Part shown: in pieces, positions 39,481 to 53,878 of the stretch
Layout: each line of letters starts with the position of its first letter
Numbering within the stretch: the stretch's first letter is position 1
NCBI GenBank assembly: GCA_951406725.2
Contig: OX597826.1
Coordinates: 64,852,001-64,916,000 of the forward strand
DNA from: Octopus vulgaris
Lineage: Eukaryota
Reading direction: 5' to 3'
Length of the DNA stretch: 64,000 nt
Made by a program: the position numbers and the translations under genes
Notes under the pieces: model-generated
Seen by the model: only the letters and a program-made list of their open reading frames with translations
What the model was told of the DNA's origin: nothing
Database searches by the model: none

Positions 39481-42400
39481 CTGTTGAAATTAAGTCAAAT
39501 GTGTGTGTGTGTGCATGTGTGCACGCACACGCATGCGTAACCCCCACCTACACACATAAATACAATCACATCCTTTAACAAAGATATGTTAGGTTGCACA
39601 CACATATTAATATAGGATACTGACATCCTCACTCCCTTTCCCGAATGAATTTCCTCCACTTATACACATATTTTCAGAGAAAAAAAAAAAACAAAACAAC
39701 TTCACAAAGTGCAATAATTGGTACTGGTTTTGATCCTTCCATAAGAAAAGAACAGTTCTATGTCTTTGAATCATGCTAAAGAAGAGAGGGAGTGAGAGAG
39801 AGAGAGAGAGTTATTTAAAAAAAAAAAAAAATTAAATATTAAAATTTTTTTTTTTAAATTGACTCTCAGTGTTTTGAAACATTATGTTGAGATATTATTT
39901 CAAACAAATATATAAACTATATATTTTGTTTTGTAGAATGATACATTAAGGAACATTTTTATGAGTACCAGTGGGTTAGTTGGATCCATATATTGTGACT
40001 TAGATTTACAAGATATCATTTTATTTCGGCACTCTGATGAGAAAAGTAGCATATTCCATTTAATTTTATTCATTTACTGGTTTCACTTGTTGAACTATGG
40101 CTCTGCTGGTCACCTCTATCAATTGTAATGTAGGCATGGTATTTGATAGATTAGCAAGTTTGAGGCTGCTGTCATCATCTGCACTTTCTGTAGTGATAGA
40201 ATCTTATCTGTGATTTTATTATACACCATAATGCCCATGTGTTGACTGAATATGTTGACATACGTTTCACACAAATCTTTTAGAGCTTTAAGAAGGATAC
40301 TGAAAAGCTGTGGTTCTCTGAAACCTAAATTATTGCCATCCTTTCGGGGTTAATAAAATAAGTACCAGTTGAGAACTGGGGTTGATGTAATTGATATATC
40401 CCATGCCTTGAAATTGCAGGCATTGCACCAAAATTTAAAATCAATTAATAATAGGTAATGGTGCCATGTAAAAGGCACGAGTGCCACATAAGAGCACCCA
40501 TGTCAGTGCTGCATAGAAGTACCCAGTACACTCTGTAATGTGGTTGGTTAGAAAGGACATCTAGCCATAGAAACCATGCCAAAACTGATATGGAAATTGG
40601 GTAGATCTCCAGCTGACCGGCTCCTATCAAACCATCCAACCAATGCCAGTATGGAAAACAGACATTAAATTATGATGATGAAATTAAAAGATGAGAACAA
40701 TCAAATAAAAAATTGGAAGCACATTGCGACCAGTAAAATATAACAGTGATAGTTAAATTAAAACACTCATTCTAATTTTATGTAAGAAATTTTTGTTAAT
40801 TCATATTCAAAACACTACTTGAATATATCAATGAATTTGAAAGTCATTTATTTTATTGAATTCCATAAAATTTTTGATCTTTTCAAAATCATTTTGAAAC
40901 ATGTATAGACAGCACATTTCATTAGAACTAGTCATAAATGTTTAGCAAATTCATTCTCTTCCTCAAGTAATCCAACTGATCCATAGAAGCAATCATGCTT
41001 GTGTAGGACCTTTGGATTACTTCCAAAATACAAAAAAGAAAATTTCTTTTTTTCTCCCAATAGTTAGTAGCATATTCCAGCAAGCTGAGACATATCAGAA
41101 CTATTAAAGTATTTCAATCTAAGAGAAATTGATGTCAAAGTGCTAAAAATAAACAAATCTAACAAGAAATCAGCACACAGTCCTTTCAATAAGAGTGTCA
41201 ATTGAGAATAGTTAGCAAAGTGGAAAATAACATGCCTTTGTTCTATACAGTTAAGGAGGGCCGTTTCAATTAAAATGTTAAGAAGACAAACTGAAACCAT
41301 AAACAAGCTATATGTGTATGTAACTTAAGTAAGGTATTTTAGTGTTTAGGCTGAGCAAGTAAAATCTGAAAAGAATGGTACAGATATCAGGTTCACATTT
41401 GCTGAAATATAGAAATGACATTCAGAGAAAAATATCTTTCAGATAACCAATCACTTGGGAACAATTATTCCAAAAGCTACCACACTCACAGACACATCCA
41501 TTGCCTTATCTTCAGCTACAGATCAACTTTCTGATATACCCAAGTCAAGGACTCTATACAAGAACTGATACCTTTATATATACACACACACACACACTCC
41601 ATATATGTATGTGCATGTGGTAGTTTTCACAAAGATTCACATACTTATCACACACAAACATGAAAGGCAGCAAAAGATATGATTGTTCTGTAAAAGTAAT
41701 TACAATAAGAGTTAGATTATTTTGATTAGAATTTCCTAAAGTTTTTTTTTCATTTCCAATAAATATACAAGTAATAATTTATCAAAAAACTATATTTGTT
41801 AAATATAATTTTTACTGAGTTTGCTTTGCAATCACACAGTTTTGAGTTCAGTCCCACTGCGCAATACCTTGGGCAAGTGCCTTCTACTTTAAGTACTGGG
41901 CTAACCAATGTGTTATGAACCAGTCTGTGAGATAGAAACTCTGTGTGTGTGTGTGTGTGTGTGTGTGCATCTTTGTGTTGGACTGTCAACCATATGACAA
42001 CTCGTGTAGATTTCTTAACATACCTCAGTCACTTAGCAATTCAGCAAAAAGAAACTAATAAAATAAATAGCAGACTCAAAAATAAGTACTGATTCGTTGA
42101 TTTGTTCAACAAAATCTTGGGGTTGTCCCAGCAAGGCTGTAGTCTTCTGACTGAGACAAGTAATGGCATTAAAGAATAACAGGCTGACTGTGTTTGTCAG
42201 TAGCCAGTTTGCCAACTAGACAACACAGAAGTGGTCAGAGGATAATATTACAGTAATGTGACGATTTCACAAGAAATCTACTCAGTGAGTTGAGCAGCAA
42301 GGGTCATCAGTAATAACAGGAACAAGTGAGGATAAATGTTCTTTGAAGTAATTTTGTTTAATTGCACTTACAGATGTTGATTAGTAAGGATATTAAGAGA

Positions 42401-43223
42401 GAGAGACAGAGAGAGAAAGAAAGAGAGAGATGTTAGTTTGACAAAGACATATTCACAGTATTTCAGTAGTGATATGTGATGGAGCTTCTAAAGAAGGTTG
42501 GACGCTAAGAAAAAGAGAAAGAATTTCTCTTGTCTTTGGGAAGTAGTCCAAAGCTAAATTACCTCCATAGACCAGATGGACTACTGGGGAAGAGGTTGAC
42601 ATCTTTTAACTCTTTTGTGAGTATATTTATTTTTAGAATATCTGAAATAAGCAGGATTAAGTAATCAATTTAATATCCCTCAATCAAATATTAAGAGTAG
42701 CATTCATGAATGGATCATCAATTCACCAACACCCATCACTGGAGTACTGTTATTATCATCATTATCATTGTCTAACATCATCTTTTCCATGCTTGCATGG
42801 GTCAGAGAGAATTTTTTGAGGAAAAGTTTTCAATTGCTAGAAGTCTTCCCTGTCACCAAAACTTAACTCTTTCCAAGCAAGGTAATACTTTGCCATGGTC
42901 AGACATGTTTCTCACAGACAACTGGAAACAAACAACATCGCTTATATGACGATGATGCTCATTTACAATCATCATATGACATCAAGACAAGGATGTACAC
43001 ACTCACACACATATATATATACAAAAAATGGAGGTTAAGTTCAAGGGTGATCTAAACGATTAGGTACTCTAGGTAAGTGCTGTAACAGATTACTAGGGCC
43101 CCAAGGTTATGGCCAAGACGGTAGTTATGGAGTCATTGTAAGACTGAATTTTTTCCCAATAATAATAATGCATATGACTTGAGATGTTTGCCTTGCCTTA
43201 ACGTTTGTTTATGTCTTTAACAA

Positions 43224-43263
<40 letters not shown>

Positions 43264-44859
43264 ACACACACACACACACACACAGATAAATGACAGGCTT
43301 CTTTCAGTTTCTGTCTACCAAATCTACGGACAAGTACCAGCTAAGTACCAGGAGTGATGCAATCGGCAAGCCCCCTCCCTCGACCCCCACCCCAAATTTC
43401 AAGCTTTGTGCCGAAAGTAGAAAGGATTATATGAAGTTAAGAGTTTTGTTAATACTCTTCCAATAGTAAATTTTACAAGCAGTGATTGCTATGCACTTCT
43501 AACATGTATAGAAAAAAAAATATTTAAAAAACTGCCCTATCTTCTATATTTGTCTGTGTACGTGGGAGAAGTTAAAGTATAACCAGTGAAATCAATGTAA
43601 CCAACACCAGTATGGAAGAATAGACATTATAACAGCTATAATGTTCTCAATGAAAATCTCCCTTGACAAAAGAAGTACGATAATATTTCAGATCTGAGAT
43701 GCAAGGTCAAATCTAAGACAGAATTTTTCTTTTCAGTTTTTCATTTTTTTTTTTCTTTTTAATATTTTATACAAAATAAAGAGCTTTTAAAGAATTCTAT
43801 TTCTTAACATATTCCATTTGTAAGAGGATACGAAGAAAACTATTCAGTAAGACTCAAGGGAATATCAATCAAAAGACTAGCGTAATTTCAATCCTACTGA
43901 AAGATAAATGAAATATTTAACCAAACAGGGATTGAACTCTGACAAACCAGTTTGCCTCCCCCAATACCATTTCTCTTGTCTTATCGAGTCAGACATTAAA
44001 ATAAGAATATCTAGTGTCATAGCTATATATATCTTTTATCTTTTACTTGTTTCAGTCATTAGACTGCAGCCATGCTGGGGCACTGCCTTGAGGAATTTTT
44101 TTAGTCAAATGAATCGACACCAGTACTTTTTGAAGCCTGATACTTATTCTATTAGTCACTTTTGCCAAACCACTAAGTTACAGTGATGTAAACAAACCAA
44201 CACTGGTTGTCAAGTGGTGATGGGAAACAAACACGGGGGCAAAGACACACATAGATTTATATAGATATCTATATCCAACAGGAATCTTTCAGTTTCCATC
44301 TACCAAACCCACACACAAGGCTTTGGCTGGTCCAAAGCTATATTAACGGACACTTGCCCAAGACGCCAGACAGTGGAACTGGAACCATGTGGCTGGGAAG
44401 TAAATTTCTTACCACATAGCCATGCTGCACCTATATGAATGTTTCTATTTAAATTGAAATGTCATCATAACTCCCATTAACAGTTGGTGAGCACCAACAC
44501 AATATACCAATATATAAAGTTACAGATGTTTTACTAAATCACACCAAAGTGTTGCTCATATTGAAAATTAATTGAAATCCATAAGCCAGTAGTCCATCTC
44601 TTAATACAATCATAAAAGGGTTAAGATGAAAGATATTTTTAAAAAAAATAAAAGTAATAGGATAGTTACGTAAGAAGTGAGTCAATATCACCACATCACT
44701 ATCTAAAGTAAAATGTATTTCAAAATCAAGACACTTCAAATTTCACAACACCAACAAAGCCAGAATCATACATTTTTACTCATTACACCACTTTATTTAA
44801 TTAAGGACTTAGTTTATATAGTACTTAGTTTTAATCTTAGTAGTCCCCATCCCTTTCCC

Positions 44860-45190
44860 TATCTAGCATCTGACAACCAGAAATCACCATTCAGAATAGT
44901 TGCAAGCCATGTCATGAGCCTGTTGCCAGGCTAGGCCCATGCCTGCTAGGTCCTCCTCCACATCTATCTTGCCACCTGCAACCCCTCTTTGACTCCTACT
45001 TGAGAAAGCCTTTCACTAATCTCAATATGGACATGTGTAACACATGACCAAGAATCTTCTGCCATCTCACAACAATGGTTTCCCATGAGGTACTAAATCC
45101 AGCTCCTTTCCATGACATTTTCATTCACAATGTGATCCAGCCAATAAATTCTTGGAACAATTTTAAGGCAATGCCTGTAGAAGACAGATT
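44860..45190 (-). mobile_element. Probable RTE-like LINE 3' fragment
   Basis: GC-richer block whose minus strand gives decayed R.LGHV.HM...RGLQ..R motifs. Confidence 0.45.
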
Positions 45191-45789
45191 CTACTGATAG
45201 ATGTATACAGAGATTGTGTTTTAGTTGACGGAGGAATTGGAGCATGTAGGCCTTATTATCATACATATTAGACAGAAAATGTCAAAAGATAACAGCATGA
45301 ACAAAATGGAAGGCAGCAAATGGTGTTTCAAAGTTGATGTTAATTATGAGGATAGGTAAGGAGGACTTGGAATATAAAACTTGTTTCTGATACATGGTAA
45401 TGTGACAAAAGAATACAGAGAAAGCCAAAAACAGACCAGGTGTGAAAAAGAAGAAATAAACAAGTGTGCAAATCATCTTGGTGACTAGAAAAAGAATGCA
45501 AAATATTTAATGAGTTATTCTGAGAGCAAAAATCAACAGAACAAGAGCACACAGAGAGTGCAAACCTCTGCCAACACAACACCAATGTCCTCTCAACAAT
45601 TAATCAGAGATGATTTTTAAAATGAGAGTATCTGAAATAAAATCCTTTAATGAATATCATGAGACCTTTTGGTTTTCTCTTAAATTCCAGTCCTCCTTTA
45701 GTAATCCTGTTGTTTTAGATCAATGTATAGAATTATGTATATATGTAAGTAAACTGTAAAGTGTTAAAATATATGTATAATCTCCTTAA

Positions 45790-46330
45790 TATAATAATGA
45801 GTGTTGTCTTTTTATACATTTATGTGTATATATACATATATAAAATAGAGCCAGAGTGAGAGGTGAAGATAGAGGAGATAAATGGCAAAGAGAGCGTTGT
45901 ATGAATGAGAAAGGAAGAAGTGAAAAAGCCGATAAACCGCATTTGAAGTATGAGTATATATGTGTATGTGTAGAAGAGAGGCATGTTTGCATGCGTGTGT
46001 GCGTGTGTATGTGTACAATGGAAATGGGATGGTAATGTTCAATGCTGAAAATGTGTGAGTTTATGTGTGTATTTGTGTGTGTATACAAGAGAACTATATG
46101 AAATTTTACATAAACATGTAAAGTAAAGAAAATATAAAAAAGTAATCCAGAATCCTTGTCTGGTACTGGGTCGATCCCAAAATCTAATCAGTTCGTGCCA
46201 GTCACAAGACCAAACATCCACAAAAGTTTCATCCGAATCTATCCAGCAGTTCTTGGAATATCTTGTCTACAGACAAACAAACCAACACAACTGAAAACAA
46301 TACCTCTGCCTTTGCTAAGATGGAGGTAAT
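45790..46330 (+). mobile_element. Helentron/DINE-like non-autonomous element
   Basis: Typical 3' end: aaagtttcatccgaatct...acagacaaacaaac...gaaaacaatACCTCTGCC tttgct aagATGGAGGTaat stem-loop. The 5' boundary is approximate. Confidence 0.65.
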
Positions 46331-46346
46331 AAGTACCAAGGTACCT

Positions 46347-46942
46347 TTACATGTAAGAAGGATTGTTGTAAAGTAGCATTTGTTTGTTGCTAGGTAACAT
46401 CAATCAGTTTAGTTAAATTTAATGATTATTTAATGAAAGGTGAACTGGATTTAACTAGTTTATTGCGATCTGGTTCAGTTGTCTTATTTCATTTATAAAC
46501 CTTTGAGAAGTTTTCACACTCTTGATCATATTTGAACCTTAAATAGCTCACTAATCAATCAAGAGAGACATAAGTTCTCAAAGGTTAATAAATAAAATAA
46601 GACTACCATATTAAACTACATCACCATAAACTAGTTTGCTGCATTCAGTCTACCTTTTAAATATATCATAAATTAAAGTTAACCTCTTAGCATTTAAACC
46701 AGTTATATATAGCCCAAATGTTCATTTGTCTTATGTTCAAACTGGCCAGATGCAGCCTCCCACATCGACTCTACAGTTACATCATTGAAATCTCACAGCT
46801 ACAAGATAATGCACAATTAATTCAAAACAATGAATAAATCAACATTAAATCTGACAGAGTAATTTGAATGCTAAGGGGTTACACAACTGTTGATTGATAT
46901 AACCTTGTACCTAACAATAGCAACAATACTTTCAACATGTAA
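46347..46942. repeat. Long imperfect inverted repeat (foldback element) with a piggyBac MITE inserted in its right arm
   Basis: Paired arms include tcttatttcatttataaacctttgagaa / ttctcaaaggttaataaataaaataaga, aactagtttat / ataaactagtt and ttacatgt / acatgtaa. Confidence 0.75.
46679..46881. mobile_element. piggyBac-type MITE family F (TTAA-CC..TTAGCATT...AATGCTAA..GG-TTA)
   Basis: Terminal inverted repeats with TTAA-like flanks. Copies at about 8258-8465, 27032-27211 and 37410-37546 (partial). Confidence 0.8.
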
Positions 46943-47120
46943 GACACATATTCTAATTATGTTCCTTTGGATTTGAGGGAATAAAAAAGGAAAAGGAAAA
47001 TAGATTAAACAAAGCAGCAATTGTAATGCTTACAATATTGATTATCAAATTTTATTTTAAAGACAAATGAACTACATTAGTTCCATAGTAACAAGCTAAA
47101 AATAACCAACAATAGCTTAC

Positions 47121-47166
47121 TTATTGAATGACAAAGGAGAGGCCGATAAAGAACGCATTATTGAAA
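47121..47166 (-). other. Candidate 46-nt 5'-leader exon upstream of POMP
   Basis: ctctttttctgcag|TTTCAATAATGCG...TTCAATAA|gtaagc. Strong splice sites; non-repetitive sequence that retains CpGs. Confidence 0.6.
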
Positions 47167-48324
47167 CTGCAGAAAAAGAGAGATATTACAATTGACATCT
47201 CAGCAGATGAGGAAATTCATGTTCAGCTTCCTTTGGAGTGGTATACAGAGGGAATAAAATGTTATAATGTTCCTGCTTTCCTTAAACATAAGGAAAAATA
47301 AAATGGTGTGAACTGAAGAACTTAAACAAGGTCACACTTGATTGAGTGAGAAAGATAGACAGACAGAGCTTGTTAGCATTATAATACAGGCAGAACTTGC
47401 TACCAGTATAATGAATATCTACAAGTCAGCAACCAAAACACTGTGGCTGTATTATCTTCTTAGATAAGAAATATTTACCTTCATTTATCAATTAATGAGT
47501 GAACATTATCTCCTCAGATAAGATACGTTACCTGCCTTAACAAACTCACCATTCATAAGTGTACACCATTTCCTTGGACAAAGCATATTATTTGACTTAA
47601 TGAATGTACAATTATAACACCAGTGTGCAAAATTCAAATTTACAGAACCACCCAAACCGTGAAAAAGTGAAACGAGATGAAGCGGGACGTGATGTTTAGA
47701 TAAGATACATTTTGAGAAAGGAATCTACTCTGACCAGTTAATCTGATGGTGAGAGAGAGAACAACAAACAATGAATAATGTGTGAGTTAGATGATAGAGT
47801 TCTGTGGCAGAGCTTTGGCCCACAGCAAAACTAATAACATAAGTGTCATAATATATTAAAGTATAACTAATTACATTGGTAAGTCACTATGTAAGTTATT
47901 TTAAAGCTCTAGACTAACTGCTCCAATAACACAGGCTAATCAAAATAATAACAGTAGGAATCAGGTTTAAGTTGATCATGAAATATGCCACTGTTCATTA
48001 GAATATAAGCATCTGAGTGCAATGTTTGTTTACTGTTCTTTTCCTTTAAAAACAGGAAAAATAAAATTACTGCTCCAAATCAAATGTGAAAATGTTAAAA
48101 GGAATGAAAATACATAGTTAATGTTAAATACTGGTTTAACCAGTACAAAATAAATTGATAAAATCTACATATGTCAAACTATACCTACATGCCCACAGTG
48201 TGTAGACATCCTTGGCTAGCAATGCAAATTACCTTACTTGCTACTGCACTTCTAAATAGATATAATTTTTTTTTATGTCATTCAATAAAAAATCCCACAC
48301 CAAACAATCATATTTGCTCTTGAT

Positions 48325-48960
48325 CTGTAGACATTGACAATGAAGTCAACACATGTAATGTCAGGTGAAGCTCAGCATTCTACTGACCACCAAGTTGAAG
48401 GTGTACCAAGTAGCTGTACTGCCTATGCTATTGTACACCTGCAAGACTTGGTTGGTTTACAAATGCTATGACAAAATGCTAAACCACTTCCACATGAACT
48501 GCCTGAGAAAGCTGTTGAAAATCACCTAGCAAGACATGGAGGTCATCTCTTGAGCTCATTTGCCAAGCACTTACACACTGCTGAGGAGAATACAAGTCAA
48601 GTGAGCAGGCCGCCTTGTTCAAAAGCCTGACATGTGACTTCCCAAGAGACTGATGTACAGTGAACTGATGGATGGTAAACACATGCAAGGTGGACAGAAA
48701 AAGTGCTTCAAGAATACACTCAAAGCCTCACTGAAGAGCTTTGAAATCAACCCCAACACCCAGGAAACACAAGCACAAGACTGTCCTGCTTGGCAATGCT
48801 GCACCCACAGAGGTGCCACTAGAGGCAACTCTGCACCTTCAGTCCCAGCAGACTACCAGTGCCCAAGCTGCAGCAGAGACTTTCAATCATGCCTTGGACT
48901 GATCAGACACATCGTGCCCTGTCTTCTTCTATGTGATGTCCTTGGTCATCATCATGACAG
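48325..48960 (+). mobile_element. RTE-clade LINE 3' remnant with C-terminal C2H2-like motif
   Basis: TTKLKVYQVAVLPMLLYTCKTWLVY...LNHFHMNCLRKLLKIT*QD and LMYSELMDGKHMQGGQKKCFKNTLKASLK...CPSCSRDFQSCLGLIRH. Confidence 0.88.
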
Positions 48961-50299
48961 CCAAACTGATGATTCCACCTAAGGCAGGTAGGGGGGTGTG
49001 TGTGTGTGCGTGCGTGTGGTATGTCCAAATGGTTGAGTTTGCATCGTAATTACAAGGCCTGGATTTGATGCCACTAAATGGTACTTTGGAGAAGTGTCAT
49101 TTTCACATTGTGAGTGAAATCAGGCAGGCTATGTAGAAGTCTGTCTAATGGATTGTACCTTGTACTAGTTATTTAAAAGTCCAACCTGCTGATTCTACTT
49201 GAGAATTATATTAAGCATATTGGTGTCAGTGGAATACTCAGCCACTTGCACACTAATTGAATAAGCTTGATAGTTCAGTGAATTGAATAATTGAAAACTC
49301 ATTCTTTTAGTCTTTTGTTTCTTTCAGTCATTTGACTGGGGCACCACCTTGAAAAATTTTTAGTCAAGTGAATCGGCCTCAGTACTTACTTTTTTTAAGC
49401 CTGGTACTTATTCTGTCAGTCTCTTTTGCCAAACCACTATGTTATGGAGACACAAACACATCAATACTAGTTGTCAAGCAGTGGTGAGGGACAAACACAC
49501 ACACACACACACAAATGTATTATTTACAGAATTTTCACTCATCACCATTTCTTCATTTAATGCAGAATATGCATGTGTGTGTGTGTTTGTGTGCGTGTGT
49601 ATGCATGTATGTATGTATTCGATGAACTGCTTTCGGTTTCTGTCTACCAAATCCACTCAAAAGGCTTGGGTTGGCCCAAGGCTATAGTAGAAGATACTTA
49701 TACAGTAGGAATAAGCCCAGAACCATATGGCTGGGAAGAAAACTTCTTACCACACAGCCACACCTATGAAAAAATCACAACAATATACCCTTAAATAAAA
49801 CCCAAATATGTAATTCAGTCACCTCTGTTCTATGAGTGTAAACAGAGACGCTTAAACTTATATCATGAGGAAAATAACACATGGTACCCTCATGGAAGGT
49901 GGTACTGTATAGTATGGATGCAGTCCAATGACTGAAACAAGTAGAAAGAAAAAGAAAGAATATGCAGCATTTGGGCTGAGGTATTTACGCAATAATTTGT
50001 GCCTTCCTTTATGAATATATAAAAACATAAAATAATTAATTGCCAAATTAAAATACTTCAGAAAAAAAATATATATATGCCAAAACTGCCTTAGCGTGAC
50101 TAAAAATATAAGAATTCAAACCTTACAAATATTCAATATTTTAACCTAGAATTGATTATTTCCTTTGATTTTATTACCATTAAATAAAATTAATTTTCTT
50201 TATTTTTCTTTCTTTATTTGTGTATAATATCAAATTTGTGATAGAAAGTTAAGTTATAAAAACCATAGCTGATCATGTGAATTACAACACCCAACTTAC

Positions 50300-50373
50300 A
50301 AATTCCTGCCATATCCAGTTGCCATAATAACTGACAGCAATGATGTATGTGACATATTTACTGGCAAGGTATC
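50300..50373 (-). other. Candidate 74-nt 5'-leader exon upstream of POMP, containing three uATGs
   Basis: tttggttttaaaag|GATACC...GGCAGGAATTT|gtaagt. Confidence 0.5.
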
Positions 50374-52074
50374 CTTTTAAAACCAAATGATTTATTGTTA
50401 TTTACACAAGAATTTTTTTTGTTTTTGTTGTTTTTTACAGTTAAATACAACGGGACTTCCATCGACTCAGTTTAAAGTGAACAATGGCATGTTCAATTTC
50501 AACTTCATAAATGTTGAAATAAAAAAAAATCCCAAATTCAACACTATTCTGTACCGTTTTTTTACAGAATACATAAGCACAGGCATGACTATAGATGCTA
50601 GCATAGGTGTATGACTAAGAAGTTCATTTCCCAACCACCTGATTTCAGGTTCAATCCCACTGTCTGATGCCTTGGGCAAAGTGTTTTCTACTATAACCGT
50701 GGATTGAGCCATGTGAATAGATTTAGTAGATGAAAACTGATATGTGTGTGTGTGTGTGTATGTGTGTATACACACACATGTATACATGCAGATGCCACAT
50801 ACAAAGCACCTATGCCAGTGCTGTATAAAGGCACCCAGTACACTCTGTAAAGAGGTTAGTATTTGGAAGGGAACCAGCTATAGAAACCATGTCAAAACAG
50901 ACATGGAGCCAGGGCAGCCCTGACAAACCATCCAACCCATGCCCGCATGGAAAACGGACATATGATGATGACACATGTATATTTGTGTATATATAAGTGT
51001 TTGCGTCTGTTTGGTCATGACACTGTGCAACAGTTGTAAACATCAAACAAGTAGTGTCCTTTGTTTCCAATCTTCTGTGAAAGCATGTCAAGCCATGAAA
51101 ATTTTTTTTACCTTACTTCAAAATAGTTGAAGGTTGGCAACAAGAAAAGCATCCAGCTGCAGAAAACTGGCCTCAGAGAATTCTATCCGACCCAAGCAAG
51201 CATGGAAAAGTGAATGCTAAAATGATGATGATAATGATGATGAAATTTCTCAGTTTCCGTTCAGAGCTTTTCATAACACTACCTGACCAACAAACTTATC
51301 AAAATCTTAATCAAAATAATTTGTAAAGCAACTACTCTCTCTCTCTCTCTCTCTCAGGCAAAACTGTTAAGTACTGGCATTTCTTGAATCAGGGAATTCG
51401 CTTCATCATCATTGTAATCTTTTAAAATTTGATTTTCACAGCATGGATTGAACAGTTTGACAGAATTTGACAAGCCACAGAACTGTCAAGCTTCAATCTC
51501 AATTTTGTCATTATCTCTATAGCTGGAAGCCTTTCCTAATGACCACCACTATACAGTGTGTACTGGATGCTTTTTTCATGCAATTGATACTGATGAGGTG
51601 TGTTACAAAAGTTATGTTGCAATACTGATATAAGTGTTTGGTTTATCAGAATGATCCAAATAACCAGAAAAGCAAAATATAAGTTGTAAATAATCTGACA
51701 TAGAAGGAAAAAAAGCTCCATCAAAACCTACTTGTAATTTACAGAATTCATGATTGTGACTAGAGAGAGAAAAAAACGAAAAGGACCAATAGTAATTGGT
51801 AGATTTAGGTTAGAATTCCCTCATATTCAAAACTCATTCATTTAATGATATTGTTTTTATAAGAGCTGCACCTTACTGACAGACTTTCAACAGATGTATG
51901 ACTTATAAACCAATATCAGCCTGGTACTTCATGTTTTATATCAGTGTTTCACAGACTGTGTTAACATTGTAATGTACTAAATATGAAATTACTAAATGAC
52001 TAAATAAATATACCAACAGGATTTACAACACAAGGGAGTTTTCTTTTCCATTTTACTTTTTTGTCAGAACTTAC

Positions 52075-52215
52075 AAAATGGTGCAAAACTACTGACCCAC
52101 AAAGTTAAAATCCGCTCCTCCTCATTCTCGGGAGGTCACCCACTAAGTTTGATATTATTATTTTGATGTAATTGATAAACTTAATGTTTCACTTTGATAA
52201 AATTATATTCTCAAC
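52075..52215 (-). other. Candidate 141-nt non-coding exon upstream of POMP
   Basis: attattttttttag|GTTGAG...CACCATTTT|gtaagt. Stops in all three frames; GC-richer structured core. Confidence 0.55.
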
Positions 52216-53644
52216 CTAAAAAAAATAATAATAATAAAAAATAAAAGGATAATATTTCTGAAATTTTTCTTATTATAAAATTACATTTGACCAGAACAAG
52301 TTTCACCTAATAGCTATTCAACTAGAAACAAAAAATGATTCCATTAAAAAAAGAATCATCATCATCATCATTCACTTTCCATGGTCTGGCAGGTTCCAAT
52401 AGGTTCAAGGACTGCATTATGCTCTAATGTCAGCTTTGGCATAGTTTCTACAACTATATGCCCTTCCTAATGCCAACCACTGTACAGTGAGCACTGGGTA
52501 TCTTTTTTTTAATGGTAGCTGCACTAGGATGGTCACCATACAGCTTGCCTGATTAAGATCCTCTTTAAATGAATAGGGCCACAATAGAGATGAAGAGGGG
52601 TAGCTTTATGCTAGGAAAAAATAATAGTGGTTTCAAATTTTGCCCCAAGGCCAGCAATTTCGAAGGTGTGGGGGTAAGTCAAATACATTGACCCTAGTGT
52701 TCAACTGGTGTTTGTTTTATTGACCAAGGAAAGATGAAAGCAAAGTCCACCTCAGCAAAATGTAAAGATAGATAAAATGCCACCAAGCATTTTACACATC
52801 ATGAGAAGAATTCTGCAAGCCTGCCACCTTTAGGAAATAAGTAATACCTTAATAGGTAGCAATTTACAGCTGTGAAGAGAAAAAATGTATTTTACTATTT
52901 TAGAGTAAATATACAATGCGAAACTATATTTAGAGGACCTTCAAGAAGTTATTTAATCATGTATAATGTGATAAATTTGATACAGAATGTTGGGGGTCAT
53001 AAATGGGGATAGCACTATATACAACTGTTAAAAAGAGGATAAAATCAACATCATATTAACATCTGCATTTCCATGATCACGTGAGTCTGTCTGACCCACG
53101 TGTTAAGGTAGGTTTTCTACAGCCCAGTGCTCTTTCTGTCACCAAGTAAAGTAGAATTTCTCCATGGCCAGACATGTTTTTCACAGAAGATTAGAAAGAC
53201 AGGACACTGCTTGCAATACGGTGACACTTGTCAACAATTGTCACGTGATATCAAGGCAAGGAGACAGTAACACACACAGACACATATACAACAGGCTTTT
53301 TTTGAGTTTCCATCTACTAAATCCACTAACAAGGCTTTGGTTCGCTTGAGGAGTTATAATAGAAGACATTGCTCAAGGTGCCCTGCAATAGGACTGAATC
53401 TAGAATCATGTGGTTGGAAAGCAAACTTCTCAACACACAGCCATGCCTGCACATATTACAAATTTTTAGGTTTAAAAAGTGTTTGTGTGGTGGTCACATT
53501 ATATTTCTTTTAAAAAATCAAAGGAGCAATGTTTGATGTGGAACAAAATCATTGTCATTTTTAAGTCCATTTCTTCCATGATGACAAGTTGGATAGTTTC
53601 CCCTCATTCTTTGTGGCACATGCCCTTTAGTAAAACAAAGCAGT

Positions 53645-53878
53645 AGAGAGAAGCTGGCAGAAACGTTAGCACTCCGGGCGAAATGCTTAGCGGTATATCA
53701 TGTCTTTACGTTCTGAGTTCAAATTCCGCCGACGTCAACTTTGCCTTTCATCCTTTCGGGGTCGATAAATTAAGTACCAGTTACGCACTGGGGTCGATGT
53801 AATCGACTTAATCCCTTTGTCTGTCCTTGTTTGTGCCCTCTATGTTTAGTCCGTTGTGGGCAATAAAGAAATAAGAAG
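53645..53878 (+). mobile_element. SINE family A, young full-length copy
   Basis: Close reverse complement of 2640-2870 and CpG-rich. A 5'-truncated copy sits at 55360-55535 inside the (AT)n of another SINE. Confidence 0.9.

Noticed and set aside
41645-41687. Further small exon-like segments (41645-41687; also about 51732-51759 and 15057-15101)
   Set aside because: Splice signals are plausible but cannot be told apart from pseudo-exons without RNA data, so they were left out of the models.
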